Source: Lama guanicoe
Lineage: Eukaryota
DNA length: 64,000 nt
Assembly: GCA_013239625.1 (NCBI GenBank)
Contig: MU054098.1
Span: forward strand, 1,861,104-1,925,103
Direction of reading: 5' to 3'
Made by a program: the position numbers and the translations under genes. Below, piece after piece: positions 14,355 through 28,271 of the stretch (positions within the stretch are counted from its first letter, which is position 1; each line of letters opens with the position of its first letter). The notes under the pieces are model-generated. The model was not told the origin of the DNA, did no database searches, and was given only the letters and a program-made list of their open reading frames with translations.

Positions 14355-14486
14355 GGGGGGAGGGTATAGCTCAGTGGTAGAGTGCACGCTTATGCATGCA
14401 CGAGGTCCTGGGTTCAATCCCCAGTATCTTAGGTAGGTAGGTAGGTACGTAGGTAGATAGATAGATAGATAGATAGGTAGATAGAT
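14355..14486 (+). mobile_element. Camelid tRNA-derived SINE (Vic-1 type) with (TAGG)/(TAGA)n tail
   Basis: gggggagggtatagctcagtggtagagtgcacgcttatgcatgcacgaggtcctgggttcaatccccagta followed by tetranucleotide repeats. Confidence 0.9.
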
Positions 14487-15689
14487 TGTATTCATCCAGA
14501 CCTAAAATGGTGAGGTTCAAAAATTGCTTCAAAGGGACGAGAAGTAAAAGGAAAGAGATCCTGAGGATGAAATCTAGATGTTAACAGCCATTTAATTTTC
14601 TATTATACTTCCTGAAAATCCTCTCATGCCACAAAGAATAGAAAGCAGTACTTATCATGTGGCTACTACAGCTGCAGAAGAAACACCCAGAAATTCTAAG
14701 CAACCTCTTCTAAGAAACATCCTCATACTAGGGTACTCATTCTCCTTACCCGCTCCCGCAACACACACACTCTTGATGATTACAAAATAGTGTTGTCGGG
14801 GGTGGCATGAGTGTTGTATATTTTAGAAGCCTAGTATAATTTACTTGTGTGCTGGAGGAAATGGGGACTACACGATTGCGTGGTTCTTAGCTGGAGTAGA
14901 ATTCAATTACTGAAATCAGTTCAGCTTCTTCCTATTATAAAAATCCCCAAACTGTATGGAAAATGGACCAAATCAAGTTGAAACTTTTGGCTCAGATTCA
15001 GTCCAGTTGCTTCCATGCAGGGAGAGAAAAGAAAGAAACCTTTCCTTCTCAAAAAAAAAAAAAAAGAGGCAAAAAAGTGAAAGTACAAATCCAAAAAACA
15101 CCAAAAACAAAACCTTACTAAACAGCTGTTTAACAAAGGCTGATTATACTCACACCCTGGAATCCACAGGGCTACAACTGTGATAGTTACTTTTGCAAGG
15201 TGTGTGGCTATAAAACAGTAATTTACTCATTTGAATTATTGTGTTGAAAACACTAAACCATCTCTTTGCTAGATTTAAATTGTTATTGCCTTAGTGTTGA
15301 GAGAGTAAATGAAATAAAATTAATTACACTCTGCCAAAATGGCTACTGATAATAACAAACATTCTTTGAACTTGACATGATGGTACACCAATTTTTAAAA
15401 GTGCTGCTTGGTTCTTAAAAGACTTATCTATATTTCCTCCAGTTTTCGTATTAATGGCTTAAATTCTTACAAGTATACAAATTTTCTTAGAAAATAATTT
15501 CAGAACTCCAGGAATACATGAAACCCTTAACCAAAGGCTAAGGCCAATTGGCCTACTCTTCCACACCACAGATGAAAGATGGAATGTTCTATAAAGTTGT
15601 TCTTAATCTTTCCTGTTCAAATCCTCAGCCCCATCCATCCTCTCCAACACCGAGGATACTTAAACCACCTGAAGTGAGATCTCTCATGT

Positions 15690-16630
15690 CCCCTTTTCTA
15701 TCTTCAAACTTCACCTTTGCCACACTTCCCTTGCACTCAGAGGATGAAGTGTCTCACTTGGACTCTCTTCTTCCCATCTTGTTTCTCCATCCATCCGTGT
15801 TCCACCATTCGCTCCTTCTCCTAGTGCAGATTCAATCTCTTTTCTCTATCTTCTCTCTACATAAAAACATGCCTTGTCCCATCACCTCCACATTTTCTTA
15901 AAGGCCTTTAGTTTATCCAGTGACTTCTTTCAGTTATCAACCTAATTCTCCCACCTGTATTATAACCATGTTCTCAACTGGCACCTCCCATCCTCTCATT
16001 ATCCAATTTACTCTTTACCTTTTGCAATCTGTTTTCTGTCATGGAAACTCCTCTTTCCAATGTCCTTTTCACTCACTTCTTTAACGGCTTACATTGACCA
16101 CCTACCATGAGTCTGGCAGTATGCTAGGAAAATGAATGTAAATATTGATAAAACTCAATCCTTGCTACCAAAAAGCAATCTCACAAAAATGAATAGACTT
16201 CTCAATCTAATCATCCTTGATTTCTCTGCAGAAGTATTTGAAACCCTTGACCCTTCTAAAAGCTATTTTCTCCCTTGAGTTTTGTGGAGGTATTCTAGTT
16301 CTACTTTTATGAGCTTTGGTACATCCTTCTCTGGCTCCATAAATGTGGGTCTTCTCCAAGGTTGAGGCCTGACATCCTTTCCTCTTTCTGTACTTTCCCC
16401 CGAGGTATTCTCTTTTCTCTTTTAGCTTCATATCTCATGTCTGTACAGCTTTCTCCTTAGTCTCTCTCTCTCAACAATTCAATTACTGATACCACTGTAC
16501 ATTTAAAACAAATTCCTGGATGGCACTAGAGAGTATTTTACCAGCACATTAAACTCAGCCTGCCAAAAACAGACCTACCATCTTTCCTGACAAACAAGCA
16601 GCTCTTCTTTGAGAATTCTATCTATCTGCT
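15690..16630 (+). mobile_element. L2 LINE fragments
   Basis: Pyrimidine-rich degenerate L2 ORF2/3' motifs (e.g. cacattaaactcagcctgccaaaaacagacctaccatctttcct). Confidence 0.6.
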
Positions 16631-19600
16631 AATAAAAATCTTTATAATAATAATAATGGAAAAAATAATAACAGGAAACATTTATCAAGCACCTTCTGTG
16701 TGCCAAGCCCTATTATAAAATGACTTACATTTAACATCATACATGCCTCATAATAACTTTACAGAATAGAGACTGTCATTATAATTTTACAGAGAAGGAA
16801 ACCAAGATATTAAAGATTAAATAACTTGCACAAAGTTAATGGTTAAGTAACTAAGGAAGGCAGACTACAAAGCCAAACATACCAGGCTAAACTATGAAGG
16901 ACCAGTAATCCAAGCAGCAAGAGTTTGGATTTTTTTAAAAAATTAATGCTCTGAAATGATTCATTTTCAAACAGTCCAAGGACATTATGACCCAGCAGCA
17001 GGGATTATAAGAAGCTGACTGGAGAAAGGAAGGTTATGATACTGTTTTCTTTCTTTAATGGGTACCAGTGAGACATTTAAATATATCCTTTATTGTATAA
17101 TTGCCTCTGAGTTCATCTATTCATTCATTCATTTACTACACATTTGTTAAATAGCTCCGGTGAGCCTAAATTAAACTAGAATTTGAAGTCAATTTGCAAT
17201 TTGCCATGAAAACACAGAGAAACAAACAATTGAGGGGGTGGGAGACTCTTTTATGAACAGGGTGCTTTTGAATTTTCATGACCAATAAATACTTTGGCAC
17301 GGTAACTAAGTGACTCTGTTTGTGCCCTTTGATCATAAAGGCATTAAAGACTCTCTTTTTATGTCAATACAAGCAGTGACATATGAGCCTAACAAGAAAT
17401 GTCTTCACATTAGTCCTTTTCATATGGGAAAGAGAAGAAATACATTGAGATTTATCAAATCTATGTATATATCCCACACCCATTCTGGATTCACAAAAGC
17501 CCCAAGGGAATGGATCAGAAAGAACAAACGTATCTTGACTCAACTAAGGTGCACAATGATGATAATAATTCATATTTACATTGACACTCCAAACTTCAAA
17601 GTAAGTTCACAAAGGGACATCATCTCATTTTATACCAAAGAAAACACAAAGTTTGCCTTTGGCAAAATAATAAGCTCCACTAAGTCTACCTTTTAGGCAT
17701 CTGTCCAGGCCCCACCAAGTTATGCCCTCAAATTCAATCCCCACATCCTTCTGCCATATTCTTCTCATTCTACATATCCTCTGGATTTTTTTTCTGTCTC
17801 TATGGACAATCACTCAACTCAGAAGTATAGGTCTTTAAGAGAATTTGTTTTAATAAATTCATTCCTTCAACAAACATTTATCAAATTCCTACTTTGTGTC
17901 AGGTACTATGCTAGATGTTAGACATAAAATTGTTTGCAGAAACATACATTGTCTTCCTTACTTGGGGCTTGCTCTATCACCAACACAGAACACTACAAAC
18001 TTGAGTATTAAGTGTTAAGTGTCCTGGCTCATCTTTATCAATTCTTTTATCAGATTTGTCCCTTCCAACTCTGATTTTTGTTTGCTTTTGCTCAGATTTA
18101 GAGACACAGTTTCTTGACTTGGGTATCAGAGCTTGGCTTATCAGCAACTCTACTTTTACACGACATCCAGTCTTTGACATCCTGTATCCTGTCTATAGTA
18201 TTCATAGAATCTACCAATCTCGCTGTGCTATTCCTACCTCAGCAGTAAGAGTTCAACTGGTCTGCAAGCCCATTACTGAAACTAAGTTCAGATCCCTGCC
18301 TCCTTTCTTTGAATTCCTGCTCTTCCATCTTTTTTTTGTTTTATTATCCTCTCATCCATATTGGTCTCATTTCCCTCTTCCATCCCTCTTGCTTCACCTT
18401 CCTTGTTCTCTGGCCTGCACCGTTTTAAAGCCCTGGTAATCTCCCAAGTCACTCTATGAAAAGGCCTGAAAAGCCATAACACACTTCTTAATGGACTGTG
18501 CATATTTTTCAGACTTCCTGGATCCCAAAGCTGGAGTAGCTATGATGGAATCCAGCCTGCCCAAACAAAGAAACCTACTTCAGTGAGGTCATCAGAGTCT
18601 CTCAAAGCCAACTGATTTTCTCTAGATTGTAGGAATATTCTGTAATCAGCTTTCTTAAAAACATCATCATCTGGGTCATTTGCTCTTTGTGCTCACCATT
18701 GTCATTGGGCAAATATCCAAGCTTCCTGCATTGGTACAAGTAATGCTTTGAATTGTGGTCTTTCCCAAGAAGTTCTGAAAACCTCCCAGATTTCATGGCA
18801 TAAGAAATGCCTGTACTGCCTGTATGAAAGGTCGGGGACCCTAGCACTCAAACATCTCTGGGAAACAAAGTAACATAGTAGAATGAACACAGATTGGATG
18901 TCAGAAAATCTGGGCTCTCCTCCTAGCTGTGTCACTGATTTACATAGAGGCTTTGGACAAGTTCTTTACTGCAGGCTTCTGGTAACTCATATGCAGAATG
19001 TAGAGGCCATTCTAGGTCATGTTTCCAGCTCATCCTATCCACAAATCTATTTCTGTAGCCTCTGTAACCAATAACAACAAATTTCTGTAGCCTTTTTATT
19101 CTATGTGAAAAGCCCCATCATGTTTATGGTTTCCTAGACTGTTGTGGCTGTGCTGGGTAGAGCTACATAAACCAAACAAATAAGCAAAACACAACAGTCC
19201 CGATTAAACTCTGGCTGCAGGTGCTTCTGTTTTACATTCAGACGCAACCGAATTTCAGAATAGCAGGATTCACGGTGGTCAGTGTCATGGAAACTGCTGC
19301 CTGGAAGTGTAATAAGAATCATCAGAAAACCGGAAGCACTGTTGCTGGTTGACAAGCTAGAAGTGGAGAAGCCTCTGTGCAGAGGAGTTTCTCCTTTTAA
19401 TTGACCCCCTCCGGTAGCAGGAACCAAACTGAAACTCCCTTAGACATTTAAATGACTTTCATAGTTTCACACTTGAACATCAGCTCTGTGAATACCTAAA
19501 ATGGGACTAAGTGAAAATTGGATAACATTTGCCTGACATTGTCATCGGCCTTTCTCTAATGTCAAAGATGGATTTGCATAATTACGCTGGAAGCTAGAAA

Positions 19601-22600
19601 CTGCACACAGCAGGAGGTTTCCTGGCTGGTGTTAGGTTTAGTCATGCTCCAGCTGTGACTCTCAAGATGAAGAAAATCTCCTTTCAGAAATGAACAGACA
19701 GTTACAGTGCACACTTTCTCAGACAGTAATAGTAACAGCTTAACGATAATTTAACTTGCATACTGATTTCCAAGGTATAATTAAGATAGGTCTGATAAGC
19801 AACTGATTGACTGAACAACCTTTTGCTTGGGCTTCAGAGAGGAGAGTTTGAGCAATGTTACAGCGTAACCCTCTTTCTCAATTAAAATTCTTTTAAGCTG
19901 GCCAGATGCCTGATAGAAGCAAACTTCTGAGGACTGCTCTATAACAGGTGTGTGCAATTGTGCAATCCTGTCTTTCCAAGGTCACAGCAATCATAAAATG
20001 TCTCTTTTGAATGTCTAGAAGGGGGAAAATGGTGAAGTAGGTGAGGCCTCTTTTCCAAGCTTCACCCCTTCTGTGGGGCTCTTAGTAACCCCAGGCTCTC
20101 TTTCCCCAAATTTTTTTTTCATGATCCAACCCTGCTCCTCTGACACAGAGATTTGCAGGCCCTTAGCCCAGAAGGATCACTTCTCTTAGGCTGCCAGAAG
20201 ATCATCTTTTTTTTTTCTTAACACATTCAGTTAAAAATAACAGTTCTGTTTTGTATAATCTTGAATAAGACACAAATACTTGCAGTACATGAATAAGAAA
20301 AATTATGAGAAGAGTAAAATTCATAATGTCCTGGAAAGAAGCTCCGACTAAAAGGGAACCTGCAGACTGTGGTCAACTAGTGGAAAGTCACATTTCTGAG
20401 GGCAGCAGGCTCACTTGGCACCTGGAAAATCATAGCATTTGGGTCAGCAGTAAAATCTGCTTTCCAAGGAAATATTTTCATGCAGATCTAACAATATATT
20501 GCATATTGAGATTCACGGGTTACAAAGCCTTATATGTTTTTTATATAATAGAACACAATCTATGTTTTTCATTATCTCTTTGAAAGGATTTCTATATGAC
20601 ACCTGGGCTTCACTACAGAATTGACAAGTATCTGGGATTATTTCATGGGGAAAAGCAAAGGTGACAGGTAACCCTTTTTCATTCACTCACACTCCTTATT
20701 AAGTTCAAAACGTGATGTTTTCTTTGTTCGCTTTTCCTGCATACGGGGCATGTTGGATAGAAGCTGCATGTGTAGTTCAGCTCTGACCGTGTTCTCCTGT
20801 CCTGTACAGAAAGAACTTTTACCAGACTTCAAAGGCCACAGAGAACACCTTCCAGCTTATTTCTGGTTTGAACTGGAGGTTACAGCTTGTGCAATTTGCT
20901 AAACAGCAATTCGCCTTGGAACAACCTCATAAACACAAAGTAGGCAGATAAACTGATTCAGAATTTCTGATTTTTTTAAAGGGCAAGAAGGCAAATGCCT
21001 AGCTTCTCTAAGGCAAAAACAAAGCAGCAGAAACAAAAGCCACATCCATTTTTTTTAATAGATTACTATTATTATTATGATATTACTATTAAAACATTGT
21101 ACTTTTACAACAGTGTGATTTACAAAGCCCTTTGACAACCATTATCTCATTTGACACTCACAGCAATCCTGTGGGACAGGTATTTGACAGATTAAGAAAT
21201 TCAGGCAGAAAAGGTTAAATGACTCACCCAAGGTTGCACTGTGAGTTGGTATGCATAAGAATCATTCGCCTTTTGTGCAAGGTAAATGAGGAATGGAGGT
21301 ATCAGAAGAACTCACAACTCTATCTCCTGTGAGTCCTGATTGTGAAGAAATCTCACAGCAGTATGTGGCATGCTCATCTTTACTTTGACTAGACGAGTGT
21401 TTTCAGGATGTTAAACATCGTGCAGAAGCAGCAGTGTAGTTCGCTCAGTGAAATTGACATGATGCAGATGTGATAGCTTATGTTCAATAATGAGCTAGTG
21501 CTCAACATCATATGACAAATAATCAATGTGCAGTGTGACCTGAACACCACAAAACACCCTGATTAAGGTGTGACTTCGTTTGAATTTCATGATTGTTTAT
21601 TTTCTGATAACATTCGTAAATTAAAATCTACCCCTCAAGCAAGTCATGGAGTAATTTTCTTAGGGTTTGATTTTGACTAACCCTCAGCCACCTCACCTAA
21701 GAAATGTCAAACATTAGCCTATTGTTGAACAGTCACCATGAGAGACACATCTCAAAACCAAGAGATTCCGTGAGATCTATTGGGATTAATTTCCAGCACC
21801 TAAAATAGCCATGTTCCCCAATCTCTCTGGAGTCTAGTAGATGTCAATTAACAAAAATATGGGGATACCTTCTGCTCCTCTTCCTGTTCAATTTTTTTCC
21901 AAAAAGGAGAAAAAGAATAGAAATGGAGATTCTAGCATATTCTAGGAAGGCAGGCTTTCAAAAATAAGAAATGGGGAAGTTTGTAGCATTTGTAGCAAAC
22001 TTCGCTCTCCTTAAGATGGTTTTAAGATAACTTGATATTCTGTATTTTAAGGGCTATTTCTACAAGGGAAAATTAAGGTTTATTTACCAAATTTTACTGT
22101 TGAAAAGTCGCTACTAAACCTGCTAGATGAAATGTGTTTATGTGAAAAGCTGCAGTTTAAAGAAGGCAATTACTACTTTTATATGTTTCCATCATCACTG
22201 CTCAATTCTCAGTTTAAAAAGAAAAACAGGTTTAAATAATGCAGTGCTTATTAGCATATGAATATGGACCTGATTGTCCCTTTTTGACTCTCAGAAGTAA
22301 TTAGCAACGTCTTCTGTGTAAGTGGGTTAAGGAATGTGCTACATATGCAATTATAACTAAAAACTTTCATTTGGAAAATTGTAACCTTATCTTGTCTTTC
22401 AGTAACACAATAGCTGCCTGTCACTCTGCACTTTCCTTAGGAGATCTGTTATAAGAATATGTGTAGAACTGTGAAAACAAGTATATCCAGTGTATTGAAT
22501 TATAGCAGAGTCGATCAGTGCCCTGTAGCAATCTGTATGTAATACCTCACATACTCTGGTTGCATCAAAGCCAAAATAAGAGCAAAATGGTTATTTAGCA

Positions 22601-23646
22601 TGAAGCAGACCTTGAGATAACCCCCAGTTTTGTTTTGTTTGGATTCAGTTTCTTTTTCAACTGGACATACTGATTCAGGAAGTGGCATAGCCTGAATGTT
22701 CTAGAAGTTTCTCAGAAATCTTTTCAGTGACCTTTTCTAAGACTCAACGAAAAACGTTTCCGCCTAACACTGCAAGTTTCTTTTTCCTACCAGCTTAGAA
22801 AATGCCTGTCACATTTCAAAACATGTGCTAGAAATTGGTGAGATTTTAGTTAAATTTGCTTGAGGATTATAAACATTCATTTTTAAAACATTAAGTTCAT
22901 TTTCTATATATGATTGCTCAACTTGTGAAAATGAAAATTTCTCTCAAATAACCAGATCTTTTTGGTTGCATATTGCCAAATATTAGTTTGACTGTGTTTA
23001 GTTGGTTGGTTGTATTTTTATCCAGAATGACCAATCACATTGCAATTTCATAGACCCCCCATATATGTGAATTTCAAAATATCTTTGCTATGCACACTGC
23101 ATCCCATGAAGCCAGTTTTCAGTATATTTGTTTTATGTTATACTGACATCTATGGACTCCATAAAAGAAATTCAGCTTTTTAGAAAAATTCTGCTGGCTG
23201 CTTGTAAGCAACTTAAGATGTGACTCAAGTATGTAGAATAAGGGTCTCCAAATCCACTGTGAGTACACTACTGGTTGATCTTTGAACCTTATCATTTAGA
23301 TCAAATTCATTACAAAGCTCTTCTACCAACCTACAACTAAAACTTAAGGGAGAAGCACTCAGGCTCCATTAGTAAAGAATTCACATCTCTTTAATTAAGA
23401 GTGATCCTTACTAGTGAGACAATAAAGGGGATCCTGTCAGTGCATATATGTTTGTTTATTATACTCTTGCAATAATGTCTATGATTGTAATTATTAACAT
23501 TGCACTAAACACTAGTAATACAATAATGAATAACTAGACACTGGCCCTGACCTCAAGGAACTCACAGTCTTAATGGAGGAGATAGATATAAAATAAAACA
23601 GGCAATTTACAATGGAGTATAATAAGTACTATGATAGGGTGAATTT

Positions 23647-24040
23647 GTCGGGATAGGCTAAATGCTGCAACAAACCTCAAGATATTAGTAGCTTAACTCA
23701 GTAAAGCTTTTTTGTTGTTGTTCATTCAAGTTAAAGTCCAATGTGGTCAGAAAGAGGCAGAGGGGCCTCTACTCCAACAAGTCATTCATGGACCCAAACT
23801 CCTTCAATCTTATAATACCACCATTTTCATCACATGGTCTCTGAGATCATCACGGAGGGGAAAGAAAGTATGGAGAAAACATCCACTCTTACCTACTTCT
23901 GCCCAGATGAAACACATCACTTCTGCTCACATTGCAGAGGGGAAAACCAATCAGGTGGCTCCACTTAGACAAAGCTGGACTGGAAAAGATAGTTCAGCTG
24001 TGTCCCTAAGAAAAGTAAACAAGCCTAGTGAACAAATATT
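23647..24040 (-). mobile_element. MaLR LTR (MLT1J-like)
   Basis: ggataggctaaatgctgcaacaaacctcaa...gtagcttaac...gtcattcatggacccaaact...acacatcacttctgctcacattg. Confidence 0.7.
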
Positions 24041-24050
24041 GATAAGTAGA

Positions 24051-24700
24051 TGTAACTTGTGGTAACTTGGTAACTAGAGGTAACTAGAAATAACTAGATG
24101 AAGCCAAGAAACTAAAAATAAAAAAAGCTTCTCAAATCTAATTTCTTATTTCTTGTTAAAATAAGTGAGAACTAGTAGAAAACAAGAAAAATAGAGGAGA
24201 AAGTTAACCAGTAACTAGCTGACTAGAATAACTGGGTAAGCCAAGAGGCTCAGAATGATACTTTATCTTCTCAACTCTAAATTTTTATTTCTTGTTGGAG
24301 TTGGTAACTAGACATAATTAGTCTTGATTAGAGCTTAGAGTAACTAGAGTAAAATAAGAAGCTAAAAACCTCATTCCTCTCCAATCTAACTTTTTTTTTC
24401 TTATCAGAACAGTGAGTGAGAATTATAGAAAACTAGAAAGAATAAATTATGTAATTAACTAGTAACAAGCTAACTAATAGCTACATACTACAGATGACCA
24501 GAATAACTGGAGTGAGCCAAGAGGATCCAAAATACACATTCCACTCAATTCTAACGTCTCCTTTCTTATTTGAATAACTATGGGTTACTAGATATAACTA
24601 GGGTAACTAGGTAAATAGCTAACTAGAGATAACTAGAATAACTAGAGGGCACAAAAAAACTGAAAATCACATTTGTCTCAACTTTAACTTCTAATGTTCA
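24051..24700. repeat. Degenerate TAACTAG-rich tandem array, 5 units of ~110-165 bp
   Basis: Core approx. aataactagagtgagccaagaag..aaaat..catt..tctcaa.tctaa.tt.tt.tttctt recurs at ~24089, 24227, 24339, 24502 and 24637; spacers are built of taactag variants. Confidence 0.85.
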
Positions 24701-25039
24701 TGTTCTGAGCATTGTCCACCTCTGAATTTCCTCATTATTGTAATATGTACCCTATTAGGATGCCCCATTGTTTCACTGCAAACACTATCTGCTCCTACTT
24801 CACATGATCCTGATGTTGAAGAGCAATTTCTTGACTAGATGGCTACTTTCAAAATGTCTGCTCCATTACCAACGGAGTCTAATACTGCTGAATTGGTGCT
24901 CAGTGGTAGTGGCCACAGAGAGCCAGGTATGAAATGAGGTCCTGTTTATATAAAAGGAGAAGGAGCTGCTGGAATACAGAACATATCTGAGGTATGGAGA
25001 GAGCCAGGCAACCAGATAGACAATGGAAGTTATGAGAAA

Positions 25040-25560
25040 GTACATTTGCAAATGACAGAATCCCAAATCAAAGTCACTTGAAAAGAAAAAGGGAAATATT
25101 GGCTCATATAACTGGAAATCTTAGGTAGATCTAGAATAACCGGACCAGAGCTTCAAATGATGCTATCAGGGATATCTCTGTCCATATTTTGGTTTTGGTA
25201 CCCTTTCTTTGTTGGCCTCATTCTCTTCTAATGAGGTAGGTTTTTCCTTATGGCAGGGATGATAACTGCTTGTAGCTCCCTTTCTTCTTCTAGATTTTTG
25301 ACCTAAAAAGCAAGACCAGTTTTCTCTAGCTCAAAATTGAAAACCCTAAGGAAACACTTGAACTGGCTAAGTTGGTCACGTGCTCAACCCATAACAATCA
25401 GTGTGGTTAGAGGAATGGAGTTTTGTTTGCTAAGGCCTGGCTCAGAAGCCAACCTTGTGGCCAGTGAGAGCACTGTGCCTAGCAGCTCTCTCTCAAGAAT
25501 CACATGATTGGAGAGGAGAAGGAGCAGTTCCTCAATAGAAGAGAGGGTGCTAGGCAGAAA
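25040..25560 (-). mobile_element. Old MaLR LTR (MLT1K/L-like)
   Basis: ttgcaaatgacagaatcccaaatcaaa...aaaaagggaaatattggctcatataactggaaa...ttggtcacgtgctcaaccc...aatcagtgtgg. Confidence 0.6.
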
Positions 25561-28271
25561 AACCAAGATAGAACCAATACAAGGTCTAAGCACTTACAAT
25601 CTAATGTTCTGAGCATAAGAATCCAGATTCAGACCTCTATTCAGAGGTTCTCCAGGAATTTGACACAAATTGAACTAAGTTTGTTCTGAAGAATATTTGT
25701 GCTGTTAGAACCTTTGTCAGATATTCATGTCTAATGATCAGCAGCGGGCCTGGTTGGAATTGGAAAATACAAAGATGAAAACCACACTTGGTGTAGAATG
25801 GAGTATTCTTGATATATATGTAATCAATAAAATATGTAATCTTACAAGAAGTCCAATGAGGGTAGTAAGGCAACCTTACTATCTAGCATATTTTGCTATA
25901 ACAGGTATAGACATGGAGTCATTGCTCAAAGATATGGAGATAATGCACAGAATAGAAGTGTAATATAGTGAGTAAGTCGTCAAAGATGATCCCTCCAGAT
26001 CCAGGAGGTGAATTTGGGTCACAACTGGAGATTTAATAGTCAAGGAAAGATAGGGAGCAGGACGTTGGCATACATTTGTGGATATTTTTGAGAATCCAGT
26101 TTCAAAACAGTGAATGCCATCACAGCTCCAAAGTTGTGACACATCCATGATCAAATCCAGAATTATGAAGGCCCATGCACAAGATGGTGTTGGATACATT
26201 ACTTTATAAAATGTATATAAAGTACTTAGCACAATGAGCCAATATTAAGTAGTCATTCAATAGTTCTATCATTATTATTATTATTACTATGTGTACGGCA
26301 TCATGCCAGGTATTTTACATACATTATGTGAAAATAACCCTATTTAGATAGGTATTGTTACACTATTTTAAGTAATTGGCTAAGATAACAGAAGTATTCA
26401 GTTTCAGAGTCAGAATTTAAATCTAGTTTATCCAACTCCAAGGTTTGTGTTCTTATCATTATGCCACAGGCTTCCCACGGAATGCTGGCCATATCCCACA
26501 AAACCCGGAAAGACTAGGCAATCTATGGTATATTTTTGATGTTTACAGCATGATGTGGACCTTGGTCATTAGCATCTTTATTCCTTATAGTATGATAAAC
26601 CTTATGTTTAGAAGACTAAATTTATATTTCTGGAGGTTGTTTTTTTTTTAACATAGAATTGATGCTGTCATTAGGTCTGTCCAGAATGGGGTGTTCTATT
26701 CACTCAAGCAAGGACATTAGAGTACATCACATTTTTGCTAAAGTAGACCGATAATCCCATGCTGTTCTAGTCCACAATGGAATTCAATGTTCATAAATTT
26801 CTGGGAGACTTCTGTTATACAGAGGAGAGTGAACTGCTATTCACATTGCCTGTATTCAGTTGGAAGGTGGTTTTCTCCTCATCTTCCTTCCAAATTCATA
26901 TCAATTTGTATGTCTTTCAGAGACCTACATAAGAGAAAATGTAGCCTAGGAAGTCACAGATTATTGAAGCGTCAGTAATAGTTATGCAACTGGAGTGGGA
27001 AGTAGGAAGTGGTAGGCTGGCTCTGCATTAGAGGTTTAAAAACCTGGAACTTATGGAATTGAAATGTAGTTAAACCTTCAGGAAGAAACTGTCACCCCAG
27101 GCATTTTGGAGATAGTCTAATCACACTCGAAGCTGAGGATATCTCCTTAACTTTTTGCTTATTGAGCTCAGTTTTGAAGCGTATGTATCTGGGATGCTGC
27201 CTCAGAGCAACCTCTCTCAACTCCTGGATGGCTGAGATAGCCTAGTCAAGGTGCTACCTACTTAAACTGCATTTCTGGGCTCCACAGAATACTAGGGTCC
27301 CATCACTTATACATCGATATCGCTAGGGAAAAAAGAAAAAAGTATTGTGGCCAAAATGTTTGGGCAATAGTGATTTAAATGTTTAACAGGTTTCTTTCTT
27401 ATTATAGGACTTCCCAGAGGTTTTAATAAGCTCATATGTGCTATGACTTTTTAGGAGAAGCATCTAGTATAAATTTTCCAAATGTATTTGACCTGGGTTT
27501 TTTGTGGTTTTTTATTTGTTTCTTTTTGATAACTACGTATTAACATCTTAGAGAAAACTAGTGTTTCCATGAAATATAGTTTAAAGAATGCTAGTCTAGG
27601 CTAATGTAGCAATAAGTATGACATATATTAATTGGTATCTCTACTGGAGGACCAAGATACTTTCAGAAGTTTCTTGCAGCCATCCTAAAAGTTCTTAAGT
27701 CAACCCAAAGAAAGCTTGATAAGAACATCAACCCCACCAGGGAGCATGTCTGACAAGTCTTTCAAGCTCAGGAACCAGTGTGTCTGAGGAGGGCCCTGGC
27801 AACTCCAAGGCCACCTGGGCTAATAACCTCCTTCTGCCTTGCTCTGTCCTGGTCAGTGCTGAAGGCTGGGCTTCCTTGGTTCCTGGAGTATATTCTAGCT
27901 CTCTCACAGGCACACAAGCTCTTCTCTACATTCTAGTCTTTACAGCATTAACCCTGACTGCTTGCCTACTTATTGTCAGATCCCTCTCCCTGGGGACTGT
28001 AGATGAGTAAATGATAAAGTATGATCAGTAAATGAAATCACATATGTCCTAAGAAGCAAATAAAATTATGTATGTAAAGCACTCAACACCATGTCATACG
28101 GCATATACTTAGCAAATGTTAGTTTACAAATGGGCTTCACTGAAAATCTCCTTAACAAAATCTACCATCCATTCCTTGTTTGTACTTTTCATTTTGCACA
28201 TTTTGGTATTATTTGGAATTTTCTTAAACCACAAACATGAATTTCCTTATTTTAAAATTAAAATAACTAAA

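Noticed and set aside
14355..14430. tRNA-like sequences here and at ~7300, ~40110 and ~56540
   Set aside because: They have A/B boxes, but diverged stems, A-rich or simple-repeat tails and in some cases TSDs: SINEs, not tRNA genes.
17310..18439. 128-aa and 127-aa ORFs
   Set aside because: Non-ATG starts, no recognisable domain, no convincing splice context; expected by chance in 64 kb.
24051..24700. Repeat-spacer pattern as a CRISPR-like array
   Set aside because: Mammalian DNA, highly degenerate repeats, spacers are themselves TAACTAG repeats, and there are no cas genes.
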